From the human T2T-CHM13v2.0 reference genome, Homo sapiens: DNA of 64,000 bases. How positions within the stretch are numbered: position 1 is the stretch's first letter; every line of letters begins with the position of its first letter. The stretch lies in assembly GCF_009914755.1 (NCBI RefSeq), contig NC_060938.1; one strand, written 5' to 3'. The notes under the pieces are model-generated. The model did not search any database. It was given only the letters and a program-made list of their open reading frames with translations, and had not been told where the DNA came from. This document shows, piece by piece, positions 51,157 through 64,000 of the stretch. Position numbers and translations under genes: made by a program.

Positions 51157-51729
51157 TCAATTTTTTTTTTCTCAGAACCTGCCCTGCTCATTTATAAGCT
51201 CATAGAAAGCTCTATAGGCAATTGCATTTCCTGGTGCGTGTGTGTGTGTTTTAAAGAAGTGGAAACCACATGGGAGGGAACACACGGGCTGCCGCCTGCT
51301 GGCTTCTGTTCCAAGGAAGCTCCTGGTTTCTCCTAAGATGAAGGAGCCACTTTCCTGGGCTCAGGCCCTCTGGGATCTGACGGCCAAATTTGGGCCTACA
51401 GAGTAGGGAGTGCGGGTGAGGGCAGGGACCAGGAGGCAGAGGCAGTGCTTCTGGGGTCTGGGGCGCTCACTCGGGTACAGGACATCTGGCTTCTGGGTGT
51501 GGCTGGGGAGGTGGGAAGTGAGGGCACTTGCAGGGCCTGTTCTGGGAGACCTGCCCCCTCTCCCACCCTGAGGTCCGTAGACTCTGCACTCCTCCTGCCT
51601 TCCCTCCCACCCTAGGGTCCAGAGCCTCTCCACTCCACTCCTCCCGCCTTCCCTTCCACCCTAGGGGAGCACGAGACAGAACTTAACACGCACCTCAGGC
51701 CGACACCTACCGTCATGGCCCTGCGAGGG

Positions 51730-51940
51730 AGCCGAGTTCGTAAATGACCGCACAGGTGAAGGATTTAATTTTCTCTCATTTGTCCCCGTATTCCGGCTGT
51801 CTCATAAATCACAGCTGTTTATGACTCTCTTCGGCACTTTTGTGATGGCTGATAATGGCTGAGTAAGTGGCAGAGAGGATGAATTCTGCAGCGGATTTTA
51901 AACAAACGTGCACATTGGAGCCACAGATAATGTGAAGCAT
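51730..51940. promoter_or_regulatory. Candidate posterior-HOX/PBX enhancer
   Basis: TCGTAAA 51738-51744, TCATAAATCA 51802-51811 (reverse complement TGATTTATGA) and TTTATGA 51818-51824. Confidence 0.45.
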
Positions 51941-52119
51941 CGCAGCAGTGGGGGGCACCTCGCAGGTCACCCCCAGAGCGCAGCCCTGGCCTGCTGGGAA
52001 GGGCCTGCTCTTTGGGGGCCTGGCCTCCCTCCCAGAGGTGGGCAGGGGCCAGGGGCAGCTTCTTCCCAGGGATATTTTAGTCACAAGGAGCAAGCCCCAC
52101 CAAGGCTAGTGGGCACCTG

Positions 52120-52240
52120 TGTGTTTGAGAGTGTGTGCAAATATGTGCCTGAGTGTGTGCGTGTGGGTATGACTGTGTGCACGTGTGTGTGCGCACGTGT
52201 GTGTGTGTGTGTGCACGTGTGTGTGCGCATGTGCACGCAG
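52120..52240. repeat. (TG)-rich tract
   Basis: Read directly. Confidence 0.85.
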
Positions 52241-52549
52241 TCAGAGTGCGCAGGCTCCTCACCTGTCCAGGGTGCACGGCCCAGAAAGACCACTGCTTCT
52301 TAGGTCATAGTGCACCTATCTGGAGGATGGGGCGGTACCAGAGCCCCAGGTCAGAGTTCTCAGCAGCTGCAGGGCCTTGTTCAATGGCTGAGGGTCAGGC
52401 TCTGGCCTGGAGCCGGCTCCCGGAGAAGTGCCACCCTCTGTCCCCTGCTGGGGGCTGGTGGCTGCTCTCCCTTTCCAAGGGTCCCTCCCAAACTCACCTT
52501 CCCTCACCCCAGACCTCCTCTGTGAGGAACTGATAAAGCCATAGTGGAG

Positions 52550-52748
52550 GTGCACACACACTTCACACGTGCACACACACGCACATGCCCACACACGCCC
52601 ACACATGCACACACACCCCACACGCATACACATGCACAAACACGCCCACACACACGTGCACTCACACACACACGCATGCACACACATGCCCATGCCCACA
52701 CACACGTGCACACACACTCCCACGCCCACACATGCCCACATGCCCACA
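52550..52748. repeat. (CA)-rich tract
   Basis: Read directly. Confidence 0.88.
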
Positions 52749-52849
52749 AGCCCACTTCCCCGAGACGGTAGCCATGGGTTCATCTGGAGCCCATTCCTCA
52801 ATCACCATCCGGTCTCACAGCCCCCGGGCACTGGGGGTGGTGCCCACCA

Positions 52850-53070
52850 CTGTTTATTTTCTGCTAAGATGCACTTTGCCATCCTAGGGGTTGCAGCATC
52901 TCCTCGTAAAGCCATAAATGTAATTGATGTTCTCAGCATTTCGAGAAAAAATACGAGTATTAAAGATATACAGTACACCTCATAAAATTCTCTCATATTT
53001 CTTCTTTATGGTGGGTTCTAAAATTGGCAAAATAAATTCCCTAAAACCCATTATGCTCAACGTACAGTGT
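52850..53070. promoter_or_regulatory. Candidate posterior-HOX (Abd-B/HOX13/CDX-type) site cluster
   Basis: CTCGTAAA 52903-52910, CCATAAA 52912-52918, TAATTG 52921, TCATAAAA 52980-52987 and TTTATGG 53005-53011. Confidence 0.45.
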
Positions 53071-53866
53071 GTTTTGGAGGCTGGGAGAGGCTGGGCTGGG
53101 GGCTGCACGCTCCTCTCCTAACATGGCCTCAGTCCCCGCTTGGCCACGAGGCCTGTTTTCCTAGAAACCTGGTAAAAATGGGAATGGTAATTGCCCAGCT
53201 CATGGTCTGTGACCGCGGCCGGGTGCTGGGAAGCTTAATCTCAATGCTTCCTCCAAGAAAATAAATGCTTTTATGATGCTCCCCACGCAGGTTCTGCCTG
53301 ACTCCGGGATGCTGCCGTCCCAGCTCTGGGCTGAGCCCCTTTTGTAATTACATGGGGACCCTGTCCCCATGGGCGCAAACACTGAGGCCTTAGCTAGCAG
53401 AGAGCACAGGCTTCAGAGCGGCCGCTCCCAGATTCCTGCACTGCCCCCCTCTGCAGCTTCACAAACCTCCGCTTCCGCTTCCGCATCCGCATCCCGGCTC
53501 CTTCCTTCGTAGTGATAGTCACGACTCCTGATTGCAGATGCACGTTTTTTCTTTATTATCTTTCTATTTCAGGAGATGAAAGCTCCAAAGAACAGGCTAC
53601 CACATTAAAAAAACCATTTACAGCCAACTTTATCGAGGTATCATTTCCATGTAATAAAATGCATACCTTTTTTTTTTAAAGTAGGCTTTATTTTTTAGAG
53701 CAGTTTTAGATTCACAGAGAAATTGTGCAGATTGTACAGAAAAGCGCCACCTACGCCAAGCCCCATCGTGAACACCTCCCAGAGTCTGATGCGTTTGATA
53801 CATTAATGAATCAACAGGGATACGCTGGTACCAGCTAAAGCTCACACATAACGCAGATTTCCTGAG

Positions 53867-54132
53867 TTTTTTATTTATTTTTATTTTTTTTTAATTTTAA
53901 TTTTTTTTTTTTTATACTCTAAGTTTTAGGGTACATGTGCACATTGTGCAGGTTAGTTACATATGTATACATGTGCCATGCTGGTGCGCTGCACCCACTA
54001 ATGTGTCATCTAGCATTAGGTATATCTCCCAATGCTATCCCTCCCCCCTCCCCCGACCCCACCACAGTCCCCAGAGTGTGGTATTCCCCTTCCTGTGTCC
54101 ATGTGATCTCATTGTTCAATTCCCACCTATGA
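53867..54132 (-). mobile_element. 5'-truncated L1HS, Ta subset (body 53914-54132, A-rich tail 53867-53913)
   Basis: Minus strand reads GATGAC-ACA-TTAGTGGG (ACA diagnostic, 54002-54004) and AACTTA-G-AGTAT (G diagnostic, 53919); near-identical to the recalled L1HS 3' UTR. Confidence 0.93.
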
Positions 54133-55087
54133 CCTCGAGGCCTTCCCCTGCCTCAGGGCCGCGTCTGGGACACACCATGCCTTTTGGTGGTTGCGGCTCC
54201 TCCTCAGGGCCCCCTCAGCTGCCACAGTTTCTCAGACTTTGTTTTGATGACCTTGACAGTTTTGGGGAGAACGGGTCAGGTATTTTGTGAACCTTTATTG
54301 GAATTTGTCTGCTGTTCTTCTCATGGTTAGACTGGAGTTACAGGTTTTTGAAGGAAGACCACAGGGGCAGGGCAGAGGGCCACTGACGCCACACGCTTCC
54401 CAGGGTGCCTGCTCTCAACACGGCTGTCCCCGTTGGCGCTGACCTTGGTCCCTGGCTGAGGTCGTGCTGTCAGCTTTCTCCTAGGTGAAGTTACCGCCCA
54501 CCCAGCAGCCCGCCACGACCTCCAGCACTCTTTGGAGGAAGGTCACGGTGCACAGCCCACACCGCGGGGTGGGGAGTCACGGTCGCCTCCTTGGGGGCAG
54601 AGGATCTGCATGAATCCTTCCGAATCCTTCTGCTTGGAGACTCGTCCCTTCTCCCGTGTTTGCTCATTTGCTCAGTTTTTGGGTTCCGTCAGCAACGACT
54701 CACGGACACTCTTGTCAGATTTCGGGTGTCCCAGTCCTCCTCCATTTTGTTGCTCAAGCTGTCCTGTCTTTGGCGGTGGCAGCTCTTCAGTCGGCCTGTG
54801 ACCCGTCCCTTTGGTTTTAACGCGTCCTTATTTTCTGGGATGAGAAGAAGCTCCAGGCTCATCCTGTATGTTTCCTGCCTCAGCCCCACATCAGCTGTTC
54901 CTCCAAGGAGCCCGGTGCCTTTTGTTGGAAGGTCCCATTAGACACCAAGACCTGGGCACCGGGCGTGCTTGCTGCTTGGGTGTGGTTGCTTCCAGGCCCT
55001 CTCGGCCAGCGGAGCAGGGAAGTGTCTGTGCGTGTACTAACCTGGGCATGAGCCCATGTCTAACGTGCTTCTGTGTGTGACCCTCCG

Positions 55088-55550
55088 TGTGAGTAGGGGT
55101 CATCAGAGAAACGGATGCAGTGGGACGTTCACACCCACTCCTGTTGGAGATTGCCTGGAAGCCTGGGCGCAGGTGACCACGCAGGCCGAGAGGTCGCACG
55201 CCCGCGGAGACCCAGGGAAGCTGGTGGTGCAGTGCGGTCTGAGTCCGAAGGCCTGAGAGCCGGAGGGCTGATGGCGTTAATCTCAGTGTCAGGGCCAGAG
55301 AAGGTGAGTGTCCCAGCTCAAGCAGCGTGGCAGGAAGAGGGGGGCAAATTCACCTTTCTCTGCCTTCCGCGCTATTCGGGTCCTCAGCGGATTGGGTGAC
55401 GCCACCCACCCTGGGGAGGGCGGCCTGCTTTACAGAGCCCACTGATTCAAATGCTAATCTCATCCAGAACACCCTCGGACATCCCCAGAAATAACGTTCA
55501 ACCCGGCACCCCACGGCCAGGGGAGCTGACACATAAAGTTAACCGTCACA
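55088..55550 (-). mobile_element. MLT2 (ERVL) solo LTR
   Basis: Ends tgacacataaagttaaccgtcaca (reverse complement of TGTGA[C/T]GGTTAA); contains gagtccgaaggcctgaga and tcaaatgctaatctcatccagaacaccctc. Confidence 0.85.
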
Positions 55551-56117
55551 CCGCCCGCGTGGAGAGGGAGCCCACAGGAAGGAGCTGGTGCTGCTGTCTC
55601 GACCCTCACCCTGGGCCGTGTGGGTCGTTCTGGCCCCTGCCCCTGCTTGTCTGTAGCTCCCACCCCACAGTGAGGAACCTGCCCCACCACCCACCATCCA
55701 TGGACCTAATCGCTAAGCTGCAGTGTGCAGGGGGAGCGGTGTAGGGACTGCTCACCTGTACCCCGCGGCAGAAGCGTGTGTCTGCCAGGGTACAGGGCTC
55801 ACGTGCGGGTCCATTTGCTTTTGGCTTCACAGACTTTGTCGTTTGTGAGGGTACCCAGGTCAGCCCCATCCCCCAGCCCCTCCCTACGTCTGTAATACAG
55901 CTGCTCCCTGGGTCTGTGATACAGCCAGAGGCTCTCGCCACACATGGCCCGCCTTCCGTCCTAGACCCCCAGCCTCTTGACTGAGCTTTAAAATTTGCAT
56001 ACATTAAGGCTCACTCTTGCTGTGAAGTTCTGTGGGTTTTGACAGATGCACAGTGTCGTGTCTCTGCCATTACAATGTCGTTCACGTTAGTTTCACAGCC
56101 CTAAAAACCCCCTGTGC

Positions 56118-56950
<833 letters not shown>

Positions 56951-58200
56951 TCATAGCAATTGGTATTGTCACTTTTTGGAATTTAGCCATTCTAATAGGG
57001 ATAGTGGTGTCTCGTTGTTTTAATTTGCATTTCCCTCATGAAAAATGATATCAAGCATCCTTTTATATGCTTATTTGACATTTGTCTTTTTTGAGTGAGG
57101 TGTTTGTTCGGACCTTTCCCCCATTTTAAAATTGCGCTGTTCGTTTTCTAGTTGTTAAGTTTTAGGAAGTTCTTTGTGTGATTTGGATACAGGTCCTTTA
57201 ATCTGACTTACATTTTACAAAGGTTTTCTCCCAGCCTGTGACTTGTGTTTTCATTCTTTTAATGGTTTCTTTTGCCGGGCAGAAGTTTTTAATGAAAAAC
57301 ACATCTTAACAATTTTTTCTTTCATAGGTTGGGCTTTGGGTGTTGCAATCAAAAACTCATCGTCAGACTCAAGGTCACGTAGGTCCCCTGCTTTCTTCTA
57401 GTTTTATGGTTTACATTTAGGCCTCTGATCCCTGTTGAGGTGACTTTTGTGAAAAGCGCCCTCAGTGTGTGTCTAGATTTATTTACTTATTCTGCATATG
57501 GATGTCTAAATATTACAGCACCATTTGTTGACGAGACTTTCTCTGTTAGAGACACATTTTCTCCTTTGTCAAAGATCATTGGCATTTGTGTGGGTCTACT
57601 AGTGGATCTCTGTTCTATTCCACTGATCTGTTTATCCATTCATTCATCAATATTTCCTGTCTTGATGCCATCATCTTATAGGAAGTTTTGAAATTGCGAA
57701 GCGTGAGTCCCCTAGCTTTGTCCTTCACCGTTGTGTTGGCCATTCTATGTCTTTTGGCTTTGTGTATAAACTCTAGAATCAGTGTGTTGATATCTACAGG
57801 AGAGTTTGCTGGGATATTGATTAGGGTTGATTAGATCTATTGATTCTATAGCCCACATTTGGAAAAGTAGACACCTTAACAATATTGAGTCTTCCTATGT
57901 GAACATGGACTATCTCTTCATTCATTTAGATTTTTTGGATATCTTTCGTCAGAGGTTTGCAGTTTTCAGCATACAGAGCCTGTACATGTTTTGTTAGATT
58001 TGTGCCTAGGTATTCCACTTTTGGGGGTTCTGCTATAACTAGTATTGTTCTTTAAATTTCAAATCCTGATTGTTTATTGCTGGCATATAGGAAAGGATCT
58101 GACTTTCATATATCAACCATGTATCTTGCAACCTTGCTGTGTTTGCTTATTTCTTTCAGGAGATAGATTCATCCATTCATCCATTTAATCATTTACATGT

Positions 58201-58535
58201 TGCTATGGTTTGGCTGTGTCCCCACCCAAATCTCATCTTGAATTGTAGCTCCCATAATTCCCATGTGTTGTGGGAGAGACCCGGTGGGAGATAATTGAAT
58301 CATCGTGGCGGTTTCCCCCATACTCTTCTCAAGGTAGTGAATACGTCTCACGAAATCTGATGGTTTTATAAGGGGAAACCCCTTTTGCTTTTTTTCCTCA
58401 TTCTCTCTTGCATGCTGCCAAGATTGTGAGGGCTCCCCAGCCATGTGGAACTGAGAGTCAATTAAGCCTCTTTCCTTTATAAATTACCCAGTCGTGGGTA
58501 TGTCTTTATTAGCAGCGTGAGAGCAGATTAATACA
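58201..58535 (+). mobile_element. THE1 (THE1B/C-like) solo LTR
   Basis: TGCTATGGTTTGGCTGTGTCCCCACCCAAATCTC...GATTAATACA; flanks CATGT and CACAT fit a CpG-decayed TSD CACGT. Confidence 0.93.
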
Positions 58536-58999
58536 CACATCTTAGATTGATTTTCCAATGTGAAAATCATACCTCAAATAAGTCCCTCGTGGTCATGCTG
58601 TGTAATTGTGGTTATACATTGTTAGATTTGATTTGATAATATTTTGTTGATTATTTTCATATCTACATTCATGAGAGTTATTGGTTTGTAGTCTCAAGTT
58701 TCTTTTCTTGTAATTTCTTTATCTGTTTTGGTATTAGGGTAATGCTGACCTCTTACAATGAGTTAGGAAGCATTTCCTCTGCTTCTATTTTTCAGAAGAA
58801 AAATTAAATCACTTAACATAATGATCTCCAGTTCCATCTGTGTTATTGCATATAAAGACAGACTGTAGAGAATTGGTATTTATTCCTTACATAGTTGGTA
58901 GAGTTCACCAGTGAAACCATCTGGGCCTAGTGCTTTCTTTTTTGAAGATAATGAAGTATTATTTAAATTTCCTTAACAGATATAGACCTATTAAGGCTT

Positions 59000-59712
59000 T
59001 TTAAAATTTTTAAATTATTTTAAAAAGTATTTGTGGGTACATAGTAGTTGTATATACTTATGAGGTACATGAGATGAAGATGTTTTGATATAGGCATACG
59101 ATGTGAAATAAGCACATCATGGAGAATGGGGTATCCATCTCCTCAAGGATTTATCCTTTGAATTACAAACAATCCTATTACATTCTTTATTTTAAAATGT
59201 AAAATTAAGTTATTATTAACTATAGTCACCCTATTGTGTTATCAAATACTAGGCTTTATTCATTGTTTCTACTTTTTTTTTTTTGTACTGATTAACCACT
59301 CCCACCTCCCTCCCAGCCCCTGAGTATCCTTCTCTGTCTCTGGTAACCATTCTTCTATGCTCTATGTCCTTGAGTTAAATTGTTTTGATTTTTTAGCTCT
59401 CACAGATAAGTGAGAACATGAGATGTTGATATTTCTGGACCTGACTTATTTCACTTAACATAATAACCTCCAGTTCCATCTGTGTTATTGCAAATGACTG
59501 GATCTCATTCTTTTTTTATGGCTGTAGAGTACTCCGTTGTGGATACATACTGCATTTTCTTTAACCATTCATCTGTTGATGGACACTTAGGTTGCTTCCA
59601 AATCTTAGCTCTTGTAAAAAGTGCTGACCATCATAGGAGTGTAGGTATCTCTTCCATATACTGATTCCCTTTCTTTTGGGTATATACCCAGCAGTGGGAT
59701 GTCTGGACTATT
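59000..59712 (-). mobile_element. L1MA-like 3' fragment nested in the L1MC
   Basis: tttgtgggtacatagtag...catcatggagaatggggtatccatc...tttgggtatatacccagcagtgggat. Confidence 0.85.
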
Positions 59713-61257
59713 TAGCTTTTTAATTTCTCCTTGGGTAGTTTATGTCTTTTAAAGAATTGGCCCATTTCATCTTAAATTTCAAATTTGTAGAGATAGAGCT
59801 GTTCATGGTATTACTTTATTAGACTTTTAATGTCTACGGAATCAGCAGTGACAACCTCTCTTTCATTTCTGATATTGGCAATCTATGTTTTCTTTGTTTT
59901 TTTTTTCCTTAGTTAGTCCATTTCATTGATCTTGTTAAAAAATAAGCTTTTGATTTTTTTCTATCACTTTCATGTTTTCAGTTTCATTGAATTCTGCTTT
60001 ACTTTTTATTATTCCTTTTCTTTTGCTTGCTATAGTCTTAAATGGTTCTATTTCTAGTTTCCTACAATGGAAGCGTAGATGATGTATTTTAGACTTGTCT
60101 TCTTTTCTAACATGTACATTCATGCTATAAATTTCCCCTGAGTACTGCTTTTGCTGCAGCCTGCACATTTTGATAAATTGTCTTTTCATGTATTCCTAAA
60201 TATTTAAAATTTCTCTTGAGACTTCTCCTTTGACCCATGTGTTATTTAGAAGTATGTTGCTTAATCTCCAGATATTTGGGGATTTTCCAGCTGTCTTTTC
60301 TGTTCCTGATTTCTAGTTTATGCCATTGTGTCTTAAGAGCACGACTTCTCTTCTTTTAAATTTGTTATTGCGGGTCCTGCGGCCCAGAACGCGGTCTGTC
60401 CTTGGCGAATGCTCCACGAGAGCTTAAAAGAACGTGAACCTGCACGTATTCTGTGGTTGCTGGGTGGAATGTTCTAGAAACATCAGTTGATGAAGTTGAT
60501 TGATAGCATTCTTCATGTCACCTCTGTCCTTGCTGACTTCTGATTGCTTGATCTACCAATGACTGAAAGAGGAGTGTTGATGTCTCCAGCTATAGAGGTG
60601 GGTTTGTCTGTTCTCCTTGCAGCTCCTTGAGTTTTTGCCTCCGGTGTTGTTTGGAAGGACGTGTCTGGAGCTGCTGCAGTAAAGCTGAAGAAGTGGCCGC
60701 GTGCAGTCCTAAGCTCCTGTGGCCTCTCGGTTGCCAGCAAGTCCTTTCCTTGGCTGTGGGCCAGTGACTGTTTGCGAGACCGCAGAACGGCGAGCTACAT
60801 GTGATCAGCCGTTGGAGGAGCCTCTTCTCCCCGGCTCGCCAGCCCCACACGCCCACCCTGTCTCAGAGAGACTTATTTTTCCTTCTTCAATGTCGTCAGG
60901 CTTTGCCTCCTGACTTACCTTGGCCAATGGAACGTAAGCAGAAGCAGAAGCGCCTCTTCAAGAGAGTGAAACGGTCCTGGAGGGAGCGGCTCCTCCAGCC
61001 TGGATGCTCAACTGTGGCAAGCGCCCGGCTGACCTACAGGAAACGCGGAGCCCGAGTGGAAACACACGTGTGTTGTAAACTGCTGAGACGCCGAGATTGC
61101 TGGGGCCACAGCCCGGCCTGGCATCAGCTGACTCGAGGAGAAACTGGCACCTAGAATTCGTTGCTGTCACACACAAAACCTAAAATTTGTGGCATTGGCT
61201 GGGGTGGGGCAGGGGAGGGGGAGAAACTATAATTAGAGGCTGGGAGCAGCATTTTTA

Positions 61258-61743
<486 letters not shown>

Positions 61744-61918
61744 TCAGATGGAAATTGTCTGGTTTGCAAACAGCCTTGAAAGAGGCAACTGCTTCTTAGC
61801 TCCAACCAGTAAAGGATAAATGGGAGACATGCTTGCTCCACAAAAGCCAGTTAGGCTCAGGCTGGTGGCAAAAGCCAGGTGGAGAGTGTAACCCCCGGGG
61901 GTTATGATCTCTGAATAG

Positions 61919-62404
<486 letters not shown>

Positions 62405-64000
62405 TGAGTCAGGTGAAATTTTGTAAGAAGAGAAATTGGGGGCATTGCTCTCCCAAGGAAGCCCCAGAAGTTAAAAGTAGCTGCCGTAAAGTCAAGACAG
62501 TGAGACGTATCTCCTCACCTGCCGTGAACTGCCCAAAACAGATGTGAAGCCAGCCACGTGCTGAGGGATCTGCACACCCAGCTTTGCCTTGCAGTGACTG
62601 CGAAGGTGCAAGATTTAAAAATCACGTCTGAGCCTCCAGCGTTCTGTGGACAGAAAGCAGGAGTGGTGCGGGCTCCCTGAGGACATAATTTCCAATATCC
62701 TCTTCAGATGTAGCCCAGAGGGTGATGGAAAAGGAAGAACCTCCCAGAGGCGAGCTCGGTGATGGGCCAGTAATGGATTAGGGGCTCACACCACGGACTG
62801 GAGTCAGGTATGTTGATCAGCCCCCTGGGGTTTGCCTGGGACGTCGCTGGCTTCAACACTGAAAGTCCCACCTCTCAGGAAACCCACTCGTCCTGGTGAA
62901 CCGGGCCGGATGGTCACCATGAGAGCCTGGTTTGGAAACATTCCCCACGCCCAGGTATGGGGCTCTCAAAAATCTCTGCCCAGCAGGAGCACAGGGCTGC
63001 CATCCACGAGCGAACACAGTGCCGCCCTTTCCCTCTCCAAAAGGGGTGCTTCTTCCGTCCATCCGGGGTCTGTCCCGCCGTGGTATTTTGTGTTGTGAGT
63101 GGAAGCTAACGTTCCCTTTTAGCTCCTGGATCGGGAGGAGATGTGTTCAGATGGGAGGCTGAGGCTGTTTCCCACATGTTCTGTGTGCAGACGTGAGGGG
63201 AGTGAACATGAATGGTGAGGTGTGTGGGCTGCTGGGTTATGGTCACCAACGTGGACTCCTCTTCTGGGACTTTCCCGCCTTACTCACAGCAGTCTTAACC
63301 ACGCGACTCGCCCAGAGTGAGCAGATGTTAGCAGCAGTGGGCCGGGCTGTGTCCAGCACCAACCTGAAGAGCACCACGTGGTCCTGCCACATTCTTTCTC
63401 CCTCGGCTGCGGGAGGGCCTGGATCCCAGGAGAGAGAAGATGCATGGGGCAGACCCATAGCCACCTGCCGCCTACACGGAACACCAGCCAGAAAAAAACC
63501 TTGTGTTGAAAGAGAGATCAGAGGCATTGCTCAGTGATTCCAATCCTGAATCGCTGAGCTTCTGGGGATGTTTGTCATGGCAGCAGAATCCAGCATAGCT
63601 GACTAACACAGACCATGCCACTACCTTCTCCTGGAGACCCTCACTGACTTCAGGCTGACAAGCACAGGGGCCTCCTGCCTCCCCTTGGGCCAGTCCTGGC
63701 CTTGCAGGCACCGTCTATACCCTGACTCTGCTACCCTGCACATTATCTTATCTGCCTCCTTTTCTATCGAAATATTTTAAGCAAGGGGAGAAACGAGGGT
63801 GGAGCAGCAACCAGAGGAGACCCTTGCCCAGGGGATGCCTGCCCGGGGTCTGTCCTGGGCAGGGAGCAGCACAGCCCTGGTGGCTTGGGTAATGTGGCAG
63901 CCCCCTCCCCAGGAGTCCCTGCACTGGCCACTCCAGGCACCAGGATTCTTTTTGCCTTAATGAATTCCCCTCAAGTCTCCGGTTAGAAGTTTCCTGCTCC

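Noticed and set aside
53469-53494. Tandem ETS/GABP-like CCGCTTCCGCTTCCG as a promoter
   Set aside because: A short 6-bp micro-repeat with no surrounding CpG island or downstream exon evidence.

Overview
Human genomic DNA: it carries Alu, THE1, MLT, L1, L2 and MIR repeats plus an L1 3' end with the human-specific L1HS-Ta diagnostic bases. The window is GC-rich and minisatellite-dense, like subtelomeric DNA, and non-coding (intergenic or intronic). I found no credible protein-coding exon, RNA gene or CRISPR array; the long ORFs come from tandem repeats or transposon remnants. Main content: four VNTRs (39, 35, 47 and 38 bp units), a 1.5 kb (CAT/CAC)n tract, a complete THE1 provirus with a 5-bp TSD, a ~5 kb old L1 inserted into a MER3, nine Alus, a 5'-truncated L1HS-Ta with no visible TSD, and several AT-rich islands rich in HOX/PBX/MEIS/POU motifs that resemble developmental enhancers. 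I cannot support a novel biological system. The best leads are the 47-bp VNTR (A/T unit code with a 9-unit higher-order repeat, CpG-island composition, CIC/HBP1 motif array, three open frames), the young L1HS-Ta insertion, a ~100-bp module duplicated 2.9 kb apart, a 42-bp locally templated insertion, and the HOX-cofactor enhancer candidates. Repeat subfamily names come from recalled consensus sequences, and the edges of old repeats are approximate.
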